A stretch of DNA of 64,000 bases from Eledone cirrhosa (GCA_964016885.1 OZ024743.1:323268001-323332000); one strand, 5' to 3'. Positions 30,001 through 42,480 are shown, counted from the first letter of the stretch. A program made the numbers and translations. Notes: generated by a model from the sequence alone, not told the origin.

Positions 30001-33000
30001 ACCTCACCCCTGACTACCTACTGTATATTACCTCACCCCTGACTCCTTACTGTATATTACCTCACCTCTGACTCCTTACTGTATATTACCTCACTCCTGA
30101 CTCCTTACTGTATATTACCTCACTCCTGACTCCTTACTGTATATTACCTCACCCCTGACTACCTACTACATATTACCTGACTCCCTACTGTATATTACCT
30201 CACCCCTGACTCCCTACTGTATATTACCTCACTCTTGACTCCCTACTGTATATTACCTCACCCCTGACTCCCTACTGTATATTACCTTACCACTGACTAC
30301 CTACTACATATTACCTGACTCCCTACTGTATATTACCTCACCCCTGACTCCCTACTGTATATTACCTCACTCTTGACTCCCTACTGTATATTACCTCACC
30401 CCTGACTCACTACTGTATATTACCTCACCCCTGACTCACTACTGTATATTACCTCACCCCTGACTCCTCACTGTATATTACCTTACCCCTGACTACCTAC
30501 TGTATATTACCTTACTCCTGACTCCCTACTGTATATTAACTTACTCCTGATTCCCTACTGTATATTACCTCACCCCTGACTCACTACTGTATATTACCTT
30601 ACTCCTGACTCCCTACTGTATATTACCTAACTCCTGACTCCCTACTGTATATTACCTCACTCCTTACTCCCTCCTGTATATTACCTCACCCCTGACTCCC
30701 TACTGTATATTACCTCACCCCTGACTCCCTACTGTATATTACCTCACTCCTGACTCCCTACTCTATATTACCTCACCCCTGACTCCCTACTCTATATTAC
30801 CTCACCCTTGACTCCCTACTCTATATTACCTCACCCCTGACTCCCTACTCTATATTACGTCACCCCTGACTCCCTACTCTATATTACCTCACCCCTGACT
30901 ACCTACTCTATATTACCTCACCCCTGGCTCAATACTCTATATTACCTCACCCCTGACTCTCTACTGCATATTACCTCGCCCCTGACTCCTTACTGCATAT
31001 TACCTCACCCCTGACTCCCTACTGTATATTATCTCACTCCTGACTCCCTACTGTATATTCCCTCACCCCTGACTCAATACTCTATATTACCTTACCACTG
31101 ACTCCCTACTGTATATTACCTTACCACTGACTCCCTACTGTATATTACCTTACCACTGACTCCCTACTGTATATTACTTCACTCCTGACTCCTTACTGTA
31201 TATTACCTCACTCCTGACTCCTTACTGTATATTACCTCACCCCTGACTACCTACTCTATATTACCTCACTCCTGACTCAATACTCTATATTACCTTACTC
31301 CTGACTCCCTACTGTATATTACCTTACCACTGACACCCTACTGTATATTACCTCACTCCCTACTGTATATTACCTTACCACTGACACCCTACTGTATATT
31401 ACCTTACTCCTGACTCAATACTCTATATTACCTTACCACTGACTCCCTACTGTATATTACCTTACCACTGACACCCTACTGTATATTTCCTTACCACTGA
31501 CTCCCTACTACATATTACCTGACTCCCTACTGTATATTACCTCACCCCTGACTCCCTACTGTATATTACCTCACCCCTGACTCACTACTGTATATTACCT
31601 CACCCCTGACTCACTACTGTATATTACCTCACTCCTGACTCCCTACTGTATATTACCTCACTCCTGACTCCCTACTGTATATTACCTCACCCCTGACTCA
31701 CTACTGTATATTACCTCACCCCTGACTCCTCACTGTATATTACCTCACCCCTGACTCCTCACTGTATATTACCTCACCCCTGACTCCTCACTGTATATTA
31801 CCTTACTCCTGACTCACTACTGTATATTACCTTACCACTGACTCCCTACTGTATATTACCTTACCACTGACTCCCTACTGTATATTACCTTACCACTGAC
31901 TCCCTACTGTATATTACCTTACTCCTGACTCACTACTGTATATTACCTCACCCCTGACTCCTCACTGTATATTACCTCACCCCTGACTCACTACTGTATA
32001 TTAACTTACCACTGACTCCCTACTACATATTACCTGACTCCCTACTGTATATTACCTCACCCCTGACTCCCTACTGTATATTACCTCACCCATGACTCTA
32101 CTGTATATTACCTCACCCCTGACTCCCTACTGTATATTACCTCACCCCTGACTCCCTACTGTATATTACCTCACCCCTGACTCCCTACTGTATATTACCT
32201 CACCCCTGACTCCCTACTGCATATTACCTCACCTCTGACTCCCTACTGCATATTACCTCACCCCTGATTCCCTACTCTATATTACCTCACCCCTGACTCC
32301 CTACTCTATATTACCCAACCCCTGACTCGATACTCTATATTACCTCACCCCTGACTCAATACTCTATATTACCTCACCCCTGGCTCCCTACTGTATGTTA
32401 CCTCACCCCTGACTCCCTACTGTATATTACCTCACTCCTGACTCCCTACTGTATATTACCTCACTCCTGACTCCCTACTGTATATTACCTCACTCCTGAC
32501 TCCCTACTGTATATTACCTCACCCCTGACGCCCTACTGTATATTACCTCACCCCTGACTCCCTCTTGTATATTAACTCACCCCTGACTCCCTACTCTATA
32601 TTACCTCACCCCTGACTCCCTACTGTATATTACCTCACTCCTGACTCCCTACTGTATATTACCTCACTCCTGACTCCCTACTGTATATTACCTCACCCCT
32701 GACTCCCTACTCTATATTACCTCAGCCCTGACACCCTACTGTATATTACCTCAGCCCTGACTCCCTACTGTATATTACCTCACCCCTGACTCCCTACTGC
32801 ATACTACCTCACCCCTGACTCTCTACTGCATATTACCTCACCTCTGACTCCCTACGACATATTACCTCACTCCTGACTCCCTACTGTATATTACCTCACC
32901 CCTGACTCCCTACTGTATATTACCTCACCCCTGACTCCCTACTGTATATTACCTCACCCCTGACTTCCTACTGTGTATTACCTCACCGCTGACGCCCTAC

Positions 33001-36000
33001 TGTATATTACCTCACCGCTGACGCCCTACTGTATATTACCTCACCCCTGACTTCCTACTGTATATTACCTCACCCCTGACTCCCTACTGTATATTACCTC
33101 ACCCCTGACTCCCTACTGTATATTACCTCACCCCTGACTCCCTACTGTATATTACCTCACCCCTGACTCTCTACTTTATATTACCTCACTCCTGACTCCT
33201 TACTGTATATTACCTCACTCCTGACTCCTTACTGTATATTACTTAACTCCTGACTCCTTATTGTATATTACCTCACTCCTGACTCCCTACTGTATATTAC
33301 CTCACTCCTTACTCCCTACTGTATATTACCTCACGCCTGATTCCCTACTGTATATTACCTCACCCCTGACTCAATACTCTATATTACCTCACTCCTGACT
33401 CAATACTCTATATTACCTCACTCCTGACTCCCTACTGTATATTACCTCACTCCTGACTCCCTACTGTATATTACCTCACTCCTGACTCCCTACTGTATAT
33501 TACCTCACCCCTGACTCAATACTCTATATTACCTCACTCCTGACTACCTACTCTATATTACCTCACTCCTGATTCCCTACTCTATATTACCTCACTCCTG
33601 ACTCCCTACTGTATATTACCTCACTCCTGACTCCCTACTGTATATTACCTCACTCCTGACTCCTTACTATATATTACCTCACTCCTGACTCCTTACAGTA
33701 TATTACCTCACCCCTGACTACCTACTCTATATTACCTAACCCCATGACTCAATATTCTATATTACCTCATCCCTGACTCCCTACTGTATATTACCTCACC
33801 CCTGACTCCCTACTGTATATTAACTCACTCCTGACTCCCTACTGTATATTACCTCACTCCTGACTCTTTACTGTACATTACCTCACTCCTGACTCCCTAG
33901 TGTATATTACCTCTCCCCTGACTCCCTAGTGTATATTACCTCACCCCTGACTCCCTACTGTATATTACCTCAACCCTGACTCCCTACTGTATATTACCTC
34001 AACCCTGACTCCCTACTGTATATTACCTCACCCCTGACTCCCTACTGTATATTACCTCACCCCTGACTCCCTACTGCATATTACCTCACCTCTGACTCCC
34101 TACTGCATATTACCTCACCTCTGACTCCCTACTACATATTACCTCACTCCTGACTCCCTACTGTATATTACCTCACCCCTGACTCCCTACTGTATATTAC
34201 CTCACCCCTGACTTCCTACTGTATATTACCTCACCCCTGACTACCTACTGTATATTACCTCACCCCTGACTCCTTACTGTATATTACCTCACTCCTGACT
34301 CCTTACTGTATATTACCTCACCCCTGACTACCTACTCTATATTACCTCACCCCGTGACTCAATACTCTATATTACCTTACTCCTGACTCAATACTCTATA
34401 TTACCTTACTCCTGACTCAATACTCTATATTACCTTACTCCTGACTCCCTACTGTATATTACCTCACTCCTGACTCCCTACTCTATATTACCTCACCCCT
34501 GACTCCCTACTTTATATTACCTCACCCCTGACTCCCTACTCTATATTACCTCACCCTTGACTCCCTACTCTATATTACCTCACCCCTGACTCCCTACTCT
34601 ATATTACGTCACCCCTGACTCCCTACTCTATATTACCTCACCCCTGACTCCCTACTCTATATTACCTCACCCCTGGCTCAATACTCTATATTACCTCACC
34701 CCTGACTCTCTAATGTATATTACCTCGCCCCTGACTCCTTACTGCATATTACCTCACCCCTAACTCCCTACTGTATATTATCTCACTCCTGACTCCCTAC
34801 TGTATATTACCTTACCACTGACTCCCTACTGTATATTACCTTACCACTGACTCCCTACTGTATATTACCTTACCACTGACTCCCTACTGTATATTACCTT
34901 ACCACTGACTCCCTACTGTATATTACCTCACTCCTGACTCCCTACTGTATATTACCTCACTCCTGACTCCCTACTGTATATTACCTCACCCCTGACTCCC
35001 TACTGTATATTACCTCACCCCTGACTCCCTCTTGTATATTAACTCACCCCTGACTCCCTACTCTATATTACCTCACCCCTGACTCCCTACTGTATATTAC
35101 CTCACTCCTGACTCCCTACTGTATATTACCTCACTCCTGACTCCCTACTGTATATTACCTCACTCCTGACTCCCTACTGTATATTACCTCACCCCTGACT
35201 CCCTACTCTATATTACCTCAGCCCTGACACCCTACTGTATATTACCTCAGCCCTGACTCCCTACTGTATATTACCTCACCCCTGACTCCCTACTGCATAC
35301 TACCTCACCCCTGACTCTCTACTGCATATTACCTCACCTCTGACTCCCTACGACATATTACCTCACTCCTGACTCCCTACTGTATATTACCTCACCCCTG
35401 ACTCCCTACTGTATATTACCTCACCCCTGACTCCCTACTGTATATTACCTCACCCCTGACTTCCTACTGTGTATTACCTCACCGCTGACGCCCTACTGTA
35501 TATTACCTCACCGCTGACGCCCTACTGTATATTACCTCACCCCTGACTCCCTACTGTATATTACCTCACCCCTGACTCCCTACTGTATATTACCTCACCC
35601 TTGACTCCCTACTGTATATTACCTCACCCCTGACTCTCTACTTTATATTACCTCACTCCTGACTCCTTACTGTATATTACCTCACTCCTGACTCCTTACT
35701 GTATATTACTTCACTCCTGACTCCTTATTGTATATTACCTCACTCCTGACTCCCTACTGTATATTACCTCACTCCTTACTCCCTACTGTATATTACCTCA
35801 CGCCTGATTCCCTACTGTATATTACCTCACCCCTGACTCAATACTCTATATTACCTCACTCCTGACTCAATACTCTATATTACCTCACTCCTGACTCCCT
35901 ACTGTATATTACCTCACTCCTGACTCCCTACTGTATATTACCTCACTCCTGACTCCCTACTGTATATTACCTCACCCCTGACTCAATACTCTATATTACC

Positions 36001-37945
36001 TCACTCCTGACTACCTACTCTATATTACCTCACTCCTGATTCCCTACTCTATATTACCTCACTCCTGACTCCCTACTGTATATTACCTCACTCCTGACTC
36101 CCTACTGTATATTACCTCACTCCTGACTCCTTACTATATATTACCTCACTCCTGACTCCTTACAGTATATTACCTCACCCCTGACTACCTACTCTATATT
36201 ACCTAACCCCATGACTCAATATTCTATATTACCTCATCCCTGACTCCCTACTGTATATTACCTCACCCCTGACTCCCTACTGTATATTAACTCACTCCTG
36301 ACTCCCTACTGTATATTACCTCAACCCTGACTCCCTACTGTATATTACCTCAACCCTGACTCCCTACTGTATATTACCTCACCCCTGACTCCCTACTGTA
36401 TATTACCTCACCCCTGACTCCCTACTGCATATTACCTCACCTCTGACTCCCTACTGCATATTACCTCACCTCTGACTCCCTACTACATATTACCTCACTC
36501 CTGACTCCCTACTGTATATTACCTCACCCCTGACTCCCTACTGTATATTACCTCACCCCTGACTTCCTACTGTATATTACCTCACCCCTGACTACCTACT
36601 GTATATTACCTCACCCCTGACTCCTTACTGTATATTACCTCACTCCTGACTCCTTACTGTATATTACCTCACTCCTGACTCCTTACTGTATATTACCTCA
36701 CCCCTGACTACCTACTCTATATTACCTCACCCCGTGACTCAATACTCTATATTACCTTACTCCTGACTCAATACTCTATATTACCTTACTCCTGACTCAA
36801 TACTCTATATTACCTTACTCCTGACTACCTACTCTATATTACCTCACTCCTGACTCCCTACTGTATATTACCTCACCCCTGACTCCCTACTGTATATTAC
36901 CTCACTCCTGACTCCCTACTCTATATTACCTCACCCCTGACTCCCTACTTTATATTACCTCACCCCTGACTCCCTACTCTATATTACCTCACCCTTGACT
37001 CCCTACTCTATATTACCTCACCCCTGACTCCCTACTCTATATTACGTCACCCCTGACTCCCTACTCTATATTACCTCACCCCTGGCTCAATACTCTATAT
37101 TACCTCGCCCCTGACTCCTTACTGCATATTACCTCACCCCTAACTCCCTACTGTATATTATCTCACTCCTGACTCCCTACTGTATATTCCCTCACCCCTG
37201 ACTCAATACTCTATATTACCTTACCACTGACTCCCTACTGTATATTACCTTACCACTGACTCCCTACTGTATATTACCTTACCACTGACTCCCTACTGTA
37301 TATTACCTTACCACTGACTCCCTACTGTATATTACCTCACTCCTGACTCCCTACTGTATATTACCTCACCCCTGACTCACTACTGTATATTACCTTACTC
37401 CTGACTCCCTACTGTATATTACCTCACCCCTGACTCCCTACTGTATATTATCTCACTCCTGACTCCCTACTGTATATTACCCCACTCCTGACTCCCTACT
37501 GTATACTACCTCACTCCTGACTCCCTACTGTATATTAACTCACTCCTGACTCCCTACTGTATATTACCTCACTCCTGACTCCCTACTGTATATTACCTCA
37601 CTCCTGACTCCCTACTGTATATTACCCCACTCCTGACTCCCTACTGTATATTACCTTACTCCTGACTCCCTACTGTATACTACCTCACTCCTGACTCCCT
37701 ACTGTATATTATCTCACTCCTGACTCCCTACTGTATATTACCCCACTCCTGACTCCCTACTGTATACTACCTCACTCCTGACTCCCTACTGTATATTACC
37801 TCGTCCTTGACTCCATACTGTATACTACCTCACCCATGATTCCCTACTGTATATTACCTCGCCTTTGACTCCATATTGTATACTACCTCACCCCTGATTC
37901 CATATTGTATACTACCTCACCCGTGACTCCCTACTGTATCTTATC
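1..37945. repeat. 29-bp tandem satellite, about 1,300 monomers, running off the left edge of the window
   Basis: Continuous repeats of TATTACCTCAC(T/C)CCTGACTCCCTACTGTA with recurrent variants (TGACTCAATACTCTA, CCTTACCACTGA, 22-bp deletion monomers). The last ~5 monomers (37800-37945) are degenerate. There are no long ORFs because each monomer has TGA on + and TAG/TAA on -. Confidence 0.99.
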
Positions 37946-38038
37946 CCATGGAGGTACAGCCACTGCTGAAATATAAACTTCTCTCGGCTCTACTTAGTTT
38001 TTGATTAAATTTCTGTTTTGGTTTCTTTTTTTAACAAG

Positions 38039-38208
38039 GTACTCTGACTGAATGGCAGTTGATTTTACATGGTACCGAAGAGAACCCCTTAAAAAATAAA
38101 GTTAAATTAGAAATGGATAATAGTATTACCGATTCCAATAATAATGAATTGTTAACCACAATGTCTGAAGATCAGACAAATAAGGGAGACAACCCATCTA
38201 CTAAAAAG
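38039..38208 (+). CDS. Internal coding exon of a subtilisin/kexin-like proprotein convertase (furin/PCSK family): end of the P domain plus start of a low-complexity linker
   Basis: Polypyrimidine tract TTTCTGTTTTGGTTTCTTTTTTTAACAAG with acceptor AG at 38037-38038, and donor AAG|GTGAGC after 38208. Translation (G)TLTEWQLILHGTEENPLKNKVKLEMDNSITDSNNNELLTTMSEDQTNKGDNPSTKK matches the GxLxxWxLxL[HY]GT motif that closes the convertase P domain. Entry phase 1, exit phase 0. The paralog cannot be assigned from this exon. Confidence 0.85.
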
Positions 38209-38355
38209 GTGAGCCATACTTTCCTAGAAAACATTTTCAACTGTCTTAATTTTGTAAAACAGTCAAATACAACGAGATTTCAATTTAAAGATGATCCTTC
38301 ATGTAAGAAACCTGAAACATTCCTCAAACACCTCTTCTTCCTCCACTTCTTCTGT

Positions 38356-38391
38356 ATCATCATCATCATCATCATCATCTTGATCATCATA
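38356..38391. repeat. (ATC)n microsatellite
   Basis: (ATC)8 TTG ATCATCATA read directly; it gives the poly-Ile in ORF 38059-38418. Confidence 0.9.
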
Positions 38392-38672
38392 TTTGATTCA
38401 AACAGATTTCAGAGATAGTCAAGTAATTATATTCTGGATAAATATTTGACATCAAAATAAAGAACCATATTTCCAGTAGTGAAGCTTTTCAGATTCATTT
38501 ATAGATTTTGAAAGAAAAATTAAACTTTTCTTCAGAACTCACCAGCTTTGGACCCCTAACTCTATTTAAACCCACAAAGACATACTCAATTTTTCTCATT
38601 ATAAATACTTGACCTTTCTCTATAATCCACCACACAAAGTATTACATGTAGTCCTATTATTATTAGGACTAA

Positions 38673-38890
38673 CATAGTGATTGGCAATATTGAAAGAGTA
38701 TCGGACAACATAATTTGCAGCATAATTACAGCCCCTTACGTTCTGAGTTCAAGTCCTGTTGAAGTTAGCTTTATTTTTCGTTGTTACGAGGCCAATAAAA
38801 TAAAGTACCAGTAATGCACTGAGGTCGATTTAATCGACTTTCCTCTCCCCCACAATTGTTGGCCTTGTGCCTAAATCAGAAATTATTATT
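38673..38890 (+). mobile_element. Diverged tRNA-derived SINE (family 1)
   Basis: B-box-like GAGTTCAAGTCC, body AATAAAATAAAGTACCAGTAATGCACTGAGGTCGATTTAATCGAC and (ATT)n tail. Related pieces lie at 39123-39310, 44560-44765 and 55038-55180. Confidence 0.7.
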
Positions 38891-39122
38891 TGGACTAACT
38901 CTCTCCTATTCTGTATTAATCACAGTAATCTCTTTTAACATCACCATTTTTCTCATCATGAAAACCCACATAAGTTGCAAACAATTTCATAATTATCATC
39001 AATAAGAATAAGGTAATGTATTTTCCATGAATATGTGTTTAAAAGTTTCTTTGTAAAAGAATCATCAGTGTTTACATATGAACATAAAATTTAAAACGAA
39101 CACATTAAGTTATAGATTTTGT

Positions 39123-39310
39123 GGGAGTATAGTTGGTTAAATCAACCCAATATTTTAGTGGGCTTTTATTTTTTTAACCCCCACCAAAGAGATGCAAGAC
39201 GAAGTTGATATTGGCAGGGAGTATAATTGGTTGAATTAACCCAGCATTTGACTGGTCCTTTATTTCTTTAACCCTACCAAAAAGATGAAGGACAGTTGAT
39301 GTTGGCAGAA
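39123..39310 (-). mobile_element. Two tandem ~95-bp fragments of the SINE family 1 body
   Basis: GGAGTATAGTTGGTTAAATCAACCCA...GTTGATATTGGCAG occurs twice; its reverse complement resembles 38755-38850. Confidence 0.55.
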
Positions 39311-39355
39311 TATTAAATAATATGTACATCGTCCTGGATTGATTTAATTAATAAT

Positions 39356-39623
39356 AATCACATACATGGATATCTCACTCTAATTTAAACGACAGCTTGA
39401 TTTTCAGATATTGGTATATCACATACATGGATATATCACCTCATAGATATCTCACTGTAATCTATACAATGCAGCTTCATTCTCAGAAGATATTGGTATA
39501 TCACATACATGGATATCTAACTATAATTTATACAATAACAGCTTAATTCTCAGTTGATATAGGTATATCACATACATGGATATCTCACTGAAATTTAAAC
39601 AATGACAGCTTCATTCTCAGATA
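39356..39623. repeat. ~60-bp tandem repeat, 4-5 diverged copies
   Basis: Recurrent ATCACATACATGGATATCTCACT...ACAGCTT(C/A/G)ATTCTCAG...ATATTGGTAT. Confidence 0.85.
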
Positions 39624-39945
39624 TAAATTGTCATTGAGAGATTTAGATCTTGCAGGCTGTACATCCATTTGTTTCATACTGACATATATTGGAATGGTCT
39701 GTAACAATCTTCTTAAAGATGGTGTGATTCCAATATGTTTCTTCTGATTGTTTTCAAGTTTCTACACTTTTATTTTTAGTCCATAAGACTTGCATTTGGT
39801 GTTGCAATATATGAAAACTCTTAAGTTTTTAACATTGACTTCCTGAATAGATATGAAGAATCTATAGAATATTAAATTGTTTGGGGGCTTTATTGCTGTA
39901 TATCCTATGTAAGTGATCTATGCTAGTTTAGCTTTAAATATGATA

Positions 39946-40880
39946 AAGACCTTCGATTAATAGCAAAAATGTACTGGAAGCAAACAATAATGTTAAGAAC
40001 TGAATGGAGGGGGCACTGAAGATCTATAATTAAGGAGTCAGACAAGGCTGTGTAGTGTTGTCTAACCTTAGTTGAACTTTTGCACTGATAAGATCTTGCC
40101 AGGAGTTCCAGTAGGAGCTGTATACACAAACAATACTACCTTATTAACTTTAAACAGTCTTGACCTACAGAACCTGCCTCATAACTATGGTAAATGAGAA
40201 AGGAATGTTCAATAGAATGGAAATGAGTATAAGGAGAACCAAATCAATAGTAATCGGCAAGAATCAATAGTTACTCGAAATATAACAATTGAGGGAAAGT
40301 CAACTGAACTGACATCAAAGATAATATAACTGTGGTGTGTGTATTCAACTGAGCTGAGACCAAAGATAACATAACTGTATGATTAGAAAACAAGAAATGT
40401 GAAGCAGAAATGAAAAGAAAGATTGAAACAGCTAGAAAATGTCACATATTCACATCATGAAACAATATCAAAACCAGAGAAACATTACTAAAGTGTTATG
40501 TATGATCTACTCTATGGAGCTGGAAGATGAATATTAAGGAAAGTATTATTAGATAGATTATAAGCCTTTGAGATGTAATTGGATAGAAGACTTTTGAGAA
40601 TATCAGGGGCAGAACACTGAACCAATGGTAAAGTACTAAAAAGAATTTATTAAACACCATCAGAGAAAAAGAATTTTAATATTTTGAACAAAGGACCTCT
40701 AAGGAAGAAGAAAAGGGGATTACAGAAATTATTGATTTAAAGCAAAATTAAGGGCAAGAGATGGAAAGTAAACTTAAGAGTTGTGTGTTTGGACAATATA
40801 ATGAATTAAAATACTGGGATTGTATAATGACAAAAAAGATTGCAATGGTGATCTATGATTAAGAGTAGACAGCATCTGAT
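39946..40880 (+). mobile_element. Heavily decayed RTE-clade (BovB-like) LINE, RT and C-terminal part
   Basis: Manual translation gives DLRLIAKMYWKQT, GVRQGCV, LYTNNTTL (decayed YADD), KCEAEMKRKIETARK, LLKCYV*ST and RL*AFEM*LDRRLLRIS...TNGKVLKR, with many stops and frameshifts. Confidence 0.8.
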
Positions 40881-40972
40881 GGGGAGGATTTAATACTACT
40901 ACTATTAGATCATTCTATTGCAACATATGTTGTTAACTACTCTATAACCTCTTAATCTACTTGGGAATGAAG

Positions 40973-41125
40973 GAGCTTCTATGTGGCTTGCTTGAAATAG
41001 TAGCCAAATTTCATTGCTGTATCTTAGAGGAAAAAGAAAGACATATCAAACAATACAGTCCTTGATGTACAAAAGACCATGGCTAGAGTACCTTTTGTGA
41101 TGGGCCTGTGTGATGAAAGCTGGCT
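40973..41125 (+). mobile_element. Fragment of a dispersed SINE-like repeat (family 3, (CAA)n-tailed)
   Basis: Motifs ATGTGG...GAAATAGTAGCCAAATT and CATGGCTAGAGTACCTTT resemble the reverse complements of 42804-43010, 53195-53352 and 62738-62931. Confidence 0.4.
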
Positions 41126-41909
41126 ATAATTAGTAGGAAATGTCCCAGAACTCTGTCACCACTTCTTTCTTCTTTATATCAACAATCTACTCACTCTGAA
41201 CACCAGCAACACTCACACTCTACTGCTGAGGAGGACATTACCAAACAGTTTCCTTTCATATAACTTTTATTCATAAACAATTTCAACATTTATCAACAAA
41301 AACCTTCAAAACAACTTTGAAATGCAAGCCAACAAGGAAGATTCTGTCATCATCATCCTGTTTTCCCATGGTTTAAGTTAAACAAGTCATTACAGACCAA
41401 GTCAATACTTGAGTTATTGTCCTAGATGGGTTGGGTATAGTCCTATTTAATTTTTAATCAATTTCGATTTTGAAGTTGTCTCCTCTGTCTTTTTTACAAT
41501 GATATTCATTCATTCTTATGACTTTTATTACGGGTGTAATTTTGATTGATTAAAAAACTCTTGAGTTCACTGCATGTTTGGCTTATATCTGTATTTGTTA
41601 CCAAATTACAATGAAAGTTTCATTTTTATTGGTTTCATCATTTCATCATTTTTAAATGGTTGAATCATCATCATCTTCATTTAACGTCCATTTACATCAA
41701 TATATCTCTAGCTAATACTATTGTTAATGCTAAAGAAAAGTTATTGATAATAGATATTATAAGCACAAGTTTAATACACATAAAAGATTTAAGCCTACTT
41801 ATAAGAGAGACATAACAGGAACAAATTATGGTATTTAATTCGAGATGAAGAAATAACTTCTGTGGAACATAAATGGTAATGCAGTCGTTTGGCAAATTAT
41901 ATAGATGTA

Positions 41910-42480
41910 AGACTATGTTGGTATGGTCACGTGATGCGCATGAAAGACGACAGCTGTATAAAAAAGTGCAGGGCGATCAAAATAGACGGTAGCCACGGAG
42001 TAGGCAGACCCAGAAAAACCTAGGACGACTTGATAAATTCCGACCTCACACACTTACACCTCTCCAAGACAATGTCACTGGACCGAGATCTTTGGCGTTA
42101 CGCAATAATACAGAAGACCCGCCTTGCCTAAGTGCAAAGCGAAACCTACAGTCAGTAGGCACCTCTTAACCAAAATACACCCCCGTCCCACTACCCCCGT
42201 CCCATCCACACCACCCCTTTCGATGTAAAGTTATGTTGATACCACAACATCCAGTCCTAAATAAATGAGGCCGTGTAGGTGTCACGACAAAAAAACACAC
42301 AGTCCACACTAATGTGGCCATGTAGGTAACACAGTAAAAACCTCCCAATCCACACTGTAAACGTGGTTGGTGTTAGGAACCGTAGAAAACCTGCCAGACA
42401 GTCCTATACGAGCAAGTGGGGAAAATTCCCACCCAAACCCAAGCTAGCGTGGAAGATGGACGTTAAATGATGATGATGAT
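41910..42480 (+). mobile_element. 3' fragment of an RTE LINE with a long 3' UTR
   Basis: RLCWYGHVMRMKDDSCIKKCRAIKIDGSHGVGRPRKT*DDLINSDL...DRDLWRYAIIQKTRLA* (stop 42129-42131). The UTR that follows contains CCACACTGTAAA and GGTTGGTGTTAGGAA and ends GGACGTTAAA(TGA)n. Confidence 0.85.

Noticed and set aside
1-37945. CRISPR array or repetitive protein gene (29-bp repeat length)
   Set aside because: Monomers abut with no unique spacers, there are no cas genes, the context is eukaryotic, and stop codons occur regularly on both strands.
38059-38418. Stand-alone 119-aa gene starting at TTG
   Set aside because: The homology motif begins upstream of the TTG and is bounded by splice sites, so this is an internal exon. 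The read-through part is listed only as a hypothesis.
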